The position numbers and the translations under genes were made by a program. The notes beneath the pieces were generated by a model. That model ran no database searches. It saw only the letters and a program-made list of their open reading frames with translations, and had not been told where the DNA came from. Positions 1-8,118 of a DNA stretch of 64,000 nucleotides are shown here, piece by piece (positions within the stretch are counted from its first letter, which is position 1; the number at the start of each line of letters is the position of its first letter). Where the stretch lies: the IMG/VR virus record IMGVR_UViG_3300046819_000361. One strand, written 5' to 3'. This DNA comes from a virus. Taxonomy: Duplodnaviria > Caudoviricetes.

Positions 1-229
1 CCATCCCTTCGAGAATTGTTAATATTTTTTCTAATTGGCTTAAATAGCCATTCCCACCAATTCCGAATAGACTTACCATCCCATCCCATCTACCCAACTT
101 GAATGATGGGTGATATTTAGCATATGGTATTTCATATTTGAAAGTAGCTGCGAGTTTTTTCCTTGCATCAAGCGGAAGGTTTTCTAGTTTTATATTAACC
201 TCATCCTTAATGACTAATCGTACTGCCAT
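1..229 (-). CDS. uvsW: UvsW-like DNA helicase, N-terminal part (runs off window start)
   Basis: Own translation from ATG at 229: MAVRLVIKDEVNIKLENLPLDARKKLAATFKYEIPYAKYHPSFKLGRWDGMVSLFG; resembles the UvsW F..P.Y..GRWDG N-terminal motif; near uvsY/uvsX. Confidence 0.75.
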   Translation of the reverse strand, partial: MAVRLVIKDEVNIKLENLPLDARKKLAATFKYEIPYAKYHPSFKLGRWDGMVSLFGIGGNGYLSQLEKILTILEGM

Positions 230-274
230 ACACGTTCCTTGTGTTTTATTGTTTTCATCCGTGAAAACAAATGT

Positions 275-1438
275 TTAAATAAATCGTTGTCTAATGATTG
301 GTTCATCATTAGTATAAATTATTGATAAATCACACCTGGATGAATACACCGCTGTTTTCCCACTAATAACATTAGTGTTTAACGCAATAATCGCATCAGG
401 CTTCCATTCACTCGTTAATAAGAATTTTGGTGGTTTATTGTAATCAATCCCCGCTATTACTGAATCGATGGTTAATTTAGCATTGTATTTCTTTTCTGCA
501 ATCATCGTATTAAAGTTTTTCGATGCATTATTACTCAATCTAAAATATATTCCAATATTATCAGTTATACCACTATTATCCAATGCATTAGCGACTGTAA
601 GTAGGTCTTTTTCTACCAAAGATGTATTCCGGCTGTCAAAAGTGAACAATATTTTAGTTCGTTTCAATTTGTGAAGTGCAATAATCAAATCATCGATTGA
701 ATATTTGGTATTATCAATCCACTTGCGATGCGTTTCTCTTGAAGCAATAATAGAGGCTAAATCAGTCCCATGATGATTATTCGGCATGGTATATTGATAC
801 TTAATACGCCTATCATAAATTATCAGATCTCTATTTGGGTCATCACCAATTTCTTCCAACATTTCAATAATATATGGTTTATCTTTTACATTTTCAAATG
901 TAAATGTATTAGCATATCTATCTTTATTCCATGATTTAATTATTGACAAGTATTTTAAGAATTCATCACAAAATGAAAAATGTTTGGTTGTAAATGTATC
1001 ATGCAATAATTTAATGTTATATTCAGTCAATTCCAACTCATACAGATTACCAATTCTAATATGTGCAAGATCAGTCAATGACATTAATGTCATAATTACA
1101 GATTTGTAATCGTATAAGTATGTAAACTCAATTCTAATAACTTTTTTAGTGGTTTCTGGTTTTTGGAAAATGTAGATTCTTTTCAGATTTTCAACTGCCC
1201 TAAATTCCTGTGACCATCTTGGATTTTTCATTGCCGATTCAAACGCATATTCATAATTTATAAGTATATCATAATGCTCTTGAAACAATCGCATAATAAC
1301 TTTTGATTGCCCTTCAGTAACAAATCCACTATGTATTATTTCTGCCATGTTTTGGATAAATTTGCGATCTTTATATGGAATTGCATCATCTGGCAATGAT
1401 TGATGGAGACGAGTTAATAGGTTATCTATTGAAATCAT
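275..1438 (-). CDS. hypothetical protein (387 aa)
   Basis: Long ORF co-oriented between uvsY and uvsW; no motif recognised. Confidence 0.7.
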   Translation of the reverse strand: MISIDNLLTRLHQSLPDDAIPYKDRKFIQNMAEIIHSGFVTEGQSKVIMRLFQEHYDILINYEYAFESAMKNPRWSQEFRAVENLKRIYIFQKPETTKKVIRIEFTYLYDYKSVIMTLMSLTDLAHIRIGNLYELELTEYNIKLLHDTFTTKHFSFCDEFLKYLSIIKSWNKDRYANTFTFENVKDKPYIIEMLEEIGDDPNRDLIIYDRRIKYQYTMPNNHHGTDLASIIASRETHRKWIDNTKYSIDDLIIALHKLKRTKILFTFDSRNTSLVEKDLLTVANALDNSGITDNIGIYFRLSNNASKNFNTMIAEKKYNAKLTIDSVIAGIDYNKPPKFLLTSEWKPDAIIALNTNVISGKTAVYSSRCDLSIIYTNDEPIIRQRFI

Positions 1439-1455
1439 AATATATACTAAAATTA

Positions 1456-1482
1456 TAAAAACAACGGGCTTTCACCCGTTGT
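1456..1482 (-). terminator. putative intrinsic terminator after uvsY
   Basis: ACAACGGG/CCCGTTGT stem (1461-1482) followed by a T-tract on the minus strand. Confidence 0.6.
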
Positions 1483-1485
1483 GTG

Positions 1486-1941
1486 TTAAATGGTGGCGTC
1501 TTCCATACCGGCTATTCGTAATTTTACGATATTAGTAAGTTGCCATTGTTTTTGTTCTAATGATTTGGTTATCCCTAACCATTTGTTTCTCAACAACGCA
1601 AATTCATTTATTATCTTTTCAAAGTCTACCACATCTGGTTGACCATCAACAAATTTTTCACATTCCCGAGTAGTCAATGCTCGATTGTAATGCTCTAGAA
1701 ATTTCCGAAAAGTTGAGCTCCGCAATTGTCGGAGCTCAATGTTAAGATATTCCAAAATAGCTTCAATTTCTTGAAGCTGTGTGTAGCGTTGTTCAACTAT
1801 CCCTGGCATACTTGCCGCTGCTTTTTCAATATTACCAGAAATTTTGCATTCTTGTCTAGCAGTTATTAATTCATTTTCAAAAAATGCAATACAACTGTGA
1901 AGTTTTGTAATATCTTTTGTTACAGTAGAATACCAGCTCAT
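1486..1941 (-). CDS. uvsY: recombination mediator UvsY
   Basis: Helical 151 aa; F.EHYNRALTTRECEKFVDG...QKQWQLTNIVKLR pattern; next to uvsX. Confidence 0.8.
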   Translation of the reverse strand: MSWYSTVTKDITKLHSCIAFFENELITARQECKISGNIEKAAASMPGIVEQRYTQLQEIEAILEYLNIELRQLRSSTFRKFLEHYNRALTTRECEKFVDGQPDVVDFEKIINEFALLRNKWLGITKSLEQKQWQLTNIVKLRIAGMEDATI

Positions 1942-2183
1942 TAAAAATCGAGCTCTTTGTAATCATCGTCATCATCTTCTTCATCATTATCTTCATCAAG
2001 ATAATAGGTGATTGCATGATCCAATACGCCATCCACTCCGATCACATTTTGAAGAACTCTATCACGAACTCCATAATCGGCTAATAATTCAATATATCGT
2101 TCTGCCACAATATCGATTTGTTTTTTATCTAGGTAGTCAGCAAACAACATCCATACTTCACCAATTTGTGCTTCATTCAACAT
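1941..2183 (-). CDS. small acidic hypothetical protein
   Basis: 80-aa ORF coupled between uvsX and uvsY, with a D/E-rich tail. Confidence 0.7.
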   Translation of the reverse strand: MLNEAQIGEVWMLFADYLDKKQIDIVAERYIELLADYGVRDRVLQNVIGVDGVLDHAITYYLDEDNDEEDDDDDYKELDF

Positions 2184-2188
2184 TTATT

Positions 2189-3319
2189 TTATTCTCCATC
2201 TGTTACATTGGTATTGATTATAATTTCACCAGTGTCATAATCAATGATTTCATTTTCGTTAATATTGTCTAGTTCTGAATCTGCTTCAAATTTGACAGTT
2301 GGTCTTGTGGAAAAATCAAGCATCAACATATCTAAACAGCCATTTGTATTTTTTTCCCATTCTTTACGGAATTGTTTAATAGAGGTACCATCCAGAAAAT
2401 CGTATCTCAAACTATTACCATCTTTAACTAATAATTTTTTGTTATCAAACATACTAACTAATCCACTATATGGGCTCATACCAGTAGTATAAGGTATCCT
2501 AACTTCTAATGTTTCAAATGGTTTAGCATATCTAGTCTTCATGATTTTACATGCTGCTCTAATACCATTTACTGTAGAGGTTTTGACACCATCTTCATCT
2601 TCTTTTAATTTCAATTTACGCATCGCTACTACAATTGAACTAGCATAAATGAAACCTTGTCCACCAGAAATTTTATCGTCCGGGTCAAACATATCTTGAC
2701 TAGCATAGCTATGATTAGTAGCGACTAATCCAACATTTTGTGCACCAAACATATTCACACAGTTTCTAACCAATGCAGTTAATGCTTTTGGTTTTCTACC
2801 CATATCACCTTTTAAATTACCTGCTTCAAATTGATCTACATCAGTCGGTGTAAGTAACATACCCAATGAGTCGATCACAAATAATACCTTTGGTTTATCG
2901 TCAGTAGATAATTCCTTGTAGCCTTTCATGAATTCACTAATAGTTTTAGCTACATCATCGATCATGGCCATATTTAATTTCAGTAATTTATCTTCCGATG
3001 TATCAACACCCAAGGCTTTTAACCAATTTTCATCTAGTGCATTTTCACTATCGATTAATACAACAAAGATATTTTGGTCCTGTGCATTTTTGACAATATT
3101 ACCGGAACAAATATAAGATTTACCCGCACCTGATTCACCAGCAAATACTGTCACTTTTCCAAGTGGAATACCTCGGTTGAAATCTGAACTAATAAGATAA
3201 TTAAGTGCATAATTTCCGGTTGAAACCCAATCTGTCGGATCATTAAATCCGATTCCTAACCCATCAATGCTTTTGGTTAGGGTTTTTCTAAATTTTGTTA
3301 AGTCGAACGCTTTGTTCAT
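2189..3319 (-). CDS. uvsX: RecA-like recombinase UvsX
   Basis: Walker A GESGAGKS, IDSE, VIDSLG, ISGGQG, KTRY motifs; start moved to ATG 3319 (MNKAFDL), which has a GGGAGA RBS. Confidence 0.95.
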   Translation of the reverse strand: MNKAFDLTKFRKTLTKSIDGLGIGFNDPTDWVSTGNYALNYLISSDFNRGIPLGKVTVFAGESGAGKSYICSGNIVKNAQDQNIFVVLIDSENALDENWLKALGVDTSEDKLLKLNMAMIDDVAKTISEFMKGYKELSTDDKPKVLFVIDSLGMLLTPTDVDQFEAGNLKGDMGRKPKALTALVRNCVNMFGAQNVGLVATNHSYASQDMFDPDDKISGGQGFIYASSIVVAMRKLKLKEDEDGVKTSTVNGIRAACKIMKTRYAKPFETLEVRIPYTTGMSPYSGLVSMFDNKKLLVKDGNSLRYDFLDGTSIKQFRKEWEKNTNGCLDMLMLDFSTRPTVKFEADSELDNINENEIIDYDTGEIIINTNVTDGE

Positions 3320-3337
3320 AGAATCTCCCTTGAAAAG

Positions 3338-3363
3338 AAGTGAGGGGATCCATCCCCTCACTT
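3338..3363 (-). terminator. 12-bp hairpin between gp32 and uvsX (terminator/attenuator)
   Basis: AAGTGAGGGGAT-cc-ATCCCCTCACTT followed by CTTTT on the minus strand. Confidence 0.6.
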
Positions 3364-3378
3364 GATACAACCTACGTG

Positions 3379-4368
3379 CTAAACGTTTCTACTACGAATT
3401 TTAGCCAAGATTTCAGCAGCACGGCTATCACTTGATTCAGTATTTTCTACTGGCTGTGAAACCGGTACTGATTCTTGCTCTGGTGCTGAATAAGCAACAG
3501 GCGCTGGTTCTACTGGAGTAGAATAGCTTTGCACAGGTGTAGGGATTGCACTAACTGGATCACCCGTAGCTTGACTCATACCGGCTGGTTTAAAGTATTG
3601 ACCCCAACGTTCCATATCATATGCTTCACCATCTACCGAAGCTTCGAACATTTCTTTGATTACACGTAATTCAACTTCAGTTGGTTTCTTTGGTAAGAAA
3701 TCTGTTAAATTGTATAACCCAAATGTTTCGATAGCTGATTGCTCACTTGCATTTAATGGACGAGTACGGCGGCTCCAGTTGGAGGTTGAGTAATCCGCAT
3801 AACCACCTTTACTGCCTTTTTTCAAACGGAAGTCCAAACCATTAATGTAATCGGTTGGTAAGTCTTCTAATTCTGGGTCAACTAACGCTGAACGAATTAG
3901 TGTAAAGATTTGTGGGCCAATAATGAATCTACGGACAGGATTTTCTGGTTTTTCTTTTTCACCAAGACCGTCTTCTGGGACGAAGCCTTGGAAAATATAA
4001 GAGCGTTTTTTCCAGTATTTACGACCTTGTTCTTCAAGAGAAGGATCTTTGAACCATGCACGTACTTCTGATAAGATCGGACAAACTGATCCATCATTAT
4101 ACATTTCTACACAAGGAACTTGTACTGTTACTTCTTTTGATTCCGATTCACCTTTGATTCCAGCGAAAGGCAATTTAATCATTGCACGTTCAACCCAGAA
4201 AAAGGTATTGTTTGAGTCACCATCCGGTAAGAATCGAAATACAGACTCGCTGCCTTCTTTCATATTCCAGAATGGATAAATTGAGTTGTCCCCGAAAGAA
4301 CGGTTGTTGTCAGATCCACGTTGATCTGCTTGTTTTAATTTTGCTCTGATTTCAGCAAGTGTTGCCAT
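3379..4368 (-). CDS. gp32: single-stranded DNA-binding protein (T4 gp32-like)
   Basis: RFLP, CP, YWKKRSY, DF.LKK...GGYADYSTS.W motifs; acidic/Pro-rich tail; adjacent to uvsX. Confidence 0.9.
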   Translation of the reverse strand: MATLAEIRAKLKQADQRGSDNNRSFGDNSIYPFWNMKEGSESVFRFLPDGDSNNTFFWVERAMIKLPFAGIKGESESKEVTVQVPCVEMYNDGSVCPILSEVRAWFKDPSLEEQGRKYWKKRSYIFQGFVPEDGLGEKEKPENPVRRFIIGPQIFTLIRSALVDPELEDLPTDYINGLDFRLKKGSKGGYADYSTSNWSRRTRPLNASEQSAIETFGLYNLTDFLPKKPTEVELRVIKEMFEASVDGEAYDMERWGQYFKPAGMSQATGDPVSAIPTPVQSYSTPVEPAPVAYSAPEQESVPVSQPVENTESSDSRAAEILAKIRSRNV

Positions 4369-4454
4369 GTTAATTCCCTTTAATTTGCCTATATTTGGAC
4401 TTTTGTTTTTGCCTATAGGTTAGACTTCCTGCCTAACCAACTTTGCATATGCGT

Positions 4455-4483
4455 ATTATATGCTATTTTATTTATCTTGTCAA
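4455..4483 (-). promoter_or_regulatory. sigma70-type promoter (proximal) for gp32-uvsX-uvsY, with a late TAAATA box in the spacer
   Basis: TTGACA(4483-4478)-17 nt-TATAAT(4460-4455); GATAAATA at 4476-4469. Confidence 0.85.
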
Positions 4484-4537
4484 GAAAAATTTTTTTCTTT
4501 TCAAAATTTGTTTCCTAACCAACAACGCATAAGAAGT

Positions 4538-4566
4538 ATTATAGACGATGTTGGTTAGGATGTCAA
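4538..4566 (-). promoter_or_regulatory. sigma70-type promoter (distal) for gp32
   Basis: TTGACA(4566-4561)-17 nt-TATAAT(4543-4538). Confidence 0.85.
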
Positions 4567-4572
4567 GCTTTT

Positions 4573-6078
4573 TTAGTGTCTTGCTAAACTAATGATTCTA
4601 GCTAATGAATCTAGCTCACCAAATTGTACATGTTCTTTCACTGGTTGTTGTGATTGAAAATTTGGAGTTATCGATTGACCAACTGTATTCAATGCTGCTG
4701 ATGGAATACCTTGTTGAGGAGCGGCTGCTGCAGCCGCTGCTTGGTCTCGTGGTGCTCTTATAGCAGCTAATTTAGCGTTATATTCAGCATCATGTGCTGC
4801 GTTGTTTTTTTGAAACTCTGCTTCAGCCGCATCATAATCAGCTTGTGATGCACTCATTTGATTTTGCACTGGTTTTGCAACTGGTTTTGCAACTGATTTG
4901 GCAGCTGGTTGTTTAGCAGTTGCCGGTTTAAACCCAGCTGGTGGTTGAACACCTTGTTTAACTAATGCCTGTAATGTATTAGGACCGATCAATCCATCAA
5001 CTTTTAATCCATTAGCTTGTTGAAATGCTTTAATTGCTGTTGGATTGGTATAGATATCAGCTGGGACTGCAGAGCTTGGTTTTGCATTTTGTACTGGTGT
5101 TGTTGGTTTAGCAGTTGATTGAGCATTCGGGTTCATGATGTTAGCATAACCGCTCTGTGGCTTCATTGCAAATTGTTGAGAAGTTGGTTTAACCGGTGCA
5201 GTAGTCGCTGGTTGTACCGTAGTAGCTTGGTCTAATACACCACCTACACCTGGTGGTAGAGGAGCGGTTGCAGCTGGGTTTACGTGCGGTTGTGGCGTCA
5301 TAAATCCTGGTTTTGTTGCTTCTTCTATGTTATCAATGAAATCACGGAATGCTGCGGTTGTTTCAGCAATTGCTCTGTTCTGTACTTTATCGCTAAATGA
5401 ATGAGTAGTCAATTCCATTATTCGATCCAATGATTCATTAGCTTGTGAAATTTGTTTGTTAGCTTTTTCAGCATAATCTGCACCAAATTCTTGATCATAT
5501 GCCAATGCTTGTTTTGTTGCTGGTCCCATTATACCATCCACTTTAATCTCATAACCTTTTGCACGTAGCTCTTTTTGAAGTTTCTCTACTGCTGGGTCAC
5601 GACGAGAAGCAGATGGTTTTGCACTTTGTTTAGGAGTGGTTGATGCTGGATTTTGTATAGGACTTGATGGTTGAGAAGCGGCAGTTTCTTTATCAGGTAA
5701 TGCATGAGTTGGTAGCGGTAACCATGCAGGATAATCTTGCATAGTTCCATCTCTATCTTTAATTTGGACAGGTGGTTGACCTAATTTGCTTAACTCAAAA
5801 CCCCCGTCAAATGCTGCAGCCACTGCATCTTTCCATGAAGGACCATTGTCACTGGTATTTCTAGTAGGATATGGACCATAAATTCGTTCTTGTTCAGCAC
5901 TTGTCATAGGAGTTAGTCGTTTGGCAAAATCACTTGCACCTTGCTTTTCTAAATCAGCGATTTTATTCATGTATCCAGAATGTCCCGCTATATCTGGGTT
6001 AATTTCTGATAATGTTGCATTATATTCTTGAAGCAATCTTGCTGATTCAATTAATTGTTGTTCTGTAATTTTTTTCAT
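4573..6078 (-). CDS. protein with two peptidoglycan-binding (PG_binding_1-like) domains and P/A/Q-rich linkers
   Basis: VEKLQKELRAKGY..VDGIMGPATKQAL and IKAFQQANGLKVDGLIGPNTLQAL. Confidence 0.75.
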   Translation of the reverse strand: MKKITEQQLIESARLLQEYNATLSEINPDIAGHSGYMNKIADLEKQGASDFAKRLTPMTSAEQERIYGPYPTRNTSDNGPSWKDAVAAAFDGGFELSKLGQPPVQIKDRDGTMQDYPAWLPLPTHALPDKETAASQPSSPIQNPASTTPKQSAKPSASRRDPAVEKLQKELRAKGYEIKVDGIMGPATKQALAYDQEFGADYAEKANKQISQANESLDRIMELTTHSFSDKVQNRAIAETTAAFRDFIDNIEEATKPGFMTPQPHVNPAATAPLPPGVGGVLDQATTVQPATTAPVKPTSQQFAMKPQSGYANIMNPNAQSTAKPTTPVQNAKPSSAVPADIYTNPTAIKAFQQANGLKVDGLIGPNTLQALVKQGVQPPAGFKPATAKQPAAKSVAKPVAKPVQNQMSASQADYDAAEAEFQKNNAAHDAEYNAKLAAIRAPRDQAAAAAAAPQQGIPSAALNTVGQSITPNFQSQQPVKEHVQFGELDSLARIISLARH

Positions 6079-8111
6079 TATAATAATCCTGCATTTCTTT
6101 TAATAATAGCGAGTTCGCCTTCAGCCAATGGATGCTCTTGCATAACTTTAACATTGTTTAGTAAATCATTTTCACGATCATCAGATTGTTTAACACCAGC
6201 CAATTTTAAGACATTATCCTGCTCTGATGAACTCGGATCTTTCATATCAATCAGTTTCATAACTCGCTTGACATCAGAATCATCCGCATTTGGACAATCA
6301 CCATCATCATATGCTTTTTTAACTTTAATCTTGCAACGAGTTCCACCAATAGTGAAATTTTTCTTTTCTCTGTTCCAAAAGCCAGCGATAATGCTGAGTA
6401 ATTGATCTATGCCAGATTTTTTTGGATCTGTTTCTGGACCTTGATCTTCCTCTTCTGGTTCTGCATAACCACATTCAGCTGGAGATATCCCAAATTCACG
6501 TAATGCATCTGCTATCGTCATACCTTCTGCAAAGGCAGTTTCCAAAGTCGCGCCTGACTCTTTGGCCTGAATAAATTTAGCTTTTACTTTTGCTAATCGA
6601 TTAACACTTTCTGCCATTGGCATCGGTTGCTGTGGAGCACCGGCTGCTGGAGCTGGCATTGGTGCAGGGGCTGGTGCAGGAACTTCTGCAGGGGCTGGGG
6701 TAGCTTCTGGAGCAGGTAATGGTTCTTGATCAGGCACATTTTGACCTCCTACTTCACCTGGGTTTGTTATATACAAGTTTGGTAGATCTTTAATAATTTC
6801 TGGATTATTAGAGTTTAAATAATCACTAATTAAATCACGGATCGCTACATCTTCGGCATCTTTATCATCAAAGTTGATATTAGAAATTGTATCTAAAATA
6901 TGTTGATCTTTAATAATACTTGGATCAATCGCTTCTTTACCGAAATCACCACCTGCCAATTTATTACCTAATAATTCATTGAAGGCTGCTAATTTAGTAC
7001 CAGATGATTGTGAAATATCTTCAATAAATGCTTCAAATACTGATTCTGGATTTAGTGATTTACGAGTGCTTGTTTTTTGTTTATTAGTGGGTTCTGATTT
7101 ACCAAACATTTCAGATATATCGTCTGCACCCAATTCGCGAACTGGTAAGTCTGATTCATCTAACATATTGTACAAATAAGGAAATACCGATTTTAAATCT
7201 TCATTAAATGATCTAACAGTTAATCGATCAACCCAATCATTCATAATAGTTTCTGGGATTTCTTTATCCTCTCTCATTTCAAATGATTCGGCGAATTTTT
7301 CATAGAAAGGTCGTTTTTGTAAATTGATTACTTCTTTTTTAATAGATTCAATTCGTTCAATAACTTTCGAAGTAACTGCTCCCATTGATTCTGAAATTTG
7401 ATCTTGACGTTTTACATAGCCATTGAACTTGCGTAATTGCTGCAATTCTTCACTGAGTCCAGTAATATGTTTACCAATAGCATCATAAGGATTACCACCA
7501 TGATTGATATGTTCAGCTAATGCTCTAGCACCAGGTAAATGTTTAAATGGGTATTTAAACCGTTCCCCACTTGCATTTTCAATGTAAATATCGTTGATAT
7601 GCATAGAACGACCAGCAGCAACATTTTGGTTTACTGGTTGACTATGTTTTACGATTAGTCTAGATTCACCAATTTGTTGATAACTGATACGACTAGTACC
7701 AAACATTTTATTTTCCATAATTGCGGTTTCCTTTGGTTTTGCTTGAAATTGATAGTCACGTTTATCCAAATTGCTTTTACCAATATTTTGAACATCAAAA
7801 TTTAACATTCTTGATTTTGCAAATTTTCTAAATGACCGAATAAATTTATATGCACGAGAATTTGATGATTTTGCATCACTAATATCACCACTCATTTGTA
7901 CAACAATACCGTCTTCTTCATCTAATGTAATGGTTATTGTACCTAATGATTCTTCATTTTCAGTATATTCAAATTCGAAAAATCTAGCATTAGGTATGTC
8001 ACGTTTAGTCGTGATAACTTCTGCATTTTCATCACCGATTTTAATACTCGGGAATCGTGATTGAATTTTTCCATACAAATCTTTAGCAACTTTATCTAAA
8101 TTATTTTCCAT
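6078..8111 (-). CDS. hypothetical, probable head-associated protein (677 aa)
   Basis: Long ORF after terminase; acidic, PA-rich linker; late box immediately upstream. Confidence 0.6.
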   Translation of the reverse strand: MENNLDKVAKDLYGKIQSRFPSIKIGDENAEVITTKRDIPNARFFEFEYTENEESLGTITITLDEEDGIVVQMSGDISDAKSSNSRAYKFIRSFRKFAKSRMLNFDVQNIGKSNLDKRDYQFQAKPKETAIMENKMFGTSRISYQQIGESRLIVKHSQPVNQNVAAGRSMHINDIYIENASGERFKYPFKHLPGARALAEHINHGGNPYDAIGKHITGLSEELQQLRKFNGYVKRQDQISESMGAVTSKVIERIESIKKEVINLQKRPFYEKFAESFEMREDKEIPETIMNDWVDRLTVRSFNEDLKSVFPYLYNMLDESDLPVRELGADDISEMFGKSEPTNKQKTSTRKSLNPESVFEAFIEDISQSSGTKLAAFNELLGNKLAGGDFGKEAIDPSIIKDQHILDTISNINFDDKDAEDVAIRDLISDYLNSNNPEIIKDLPNLYITNPGEVGGQNVPDQEPLPAPEATPAPAEVPAPAPAPMPAPAAGAPQQPMPMAESVNRLAKVKAKFIQAKESGATLETAFAEGMTIADALREFGISPAECGYAEPEEEDQGPETDPKKSGIDQLLSIIAGFWNREKKNFTIGGTRCKIKVKKAYDDGDCPNADDSDVKRVMKLIDMKDPSSSEQDNVLKLAGVKQSDDRENDLLNNVKVMQEHPLAEGELAIIKRNAGLL

Positions 8112-8118
8112 GTATTAT

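Noticed and set aside
3320-3370. Upstream extension of uvsX in the ORF track (also 14899, 25085, 45519, 51375, 52423, 52805 starts)
   Set aside because: Extensions run through hairpins, promoters or neighbouring genes; downstream ATGs have RBS, promoter or gene-coupling support
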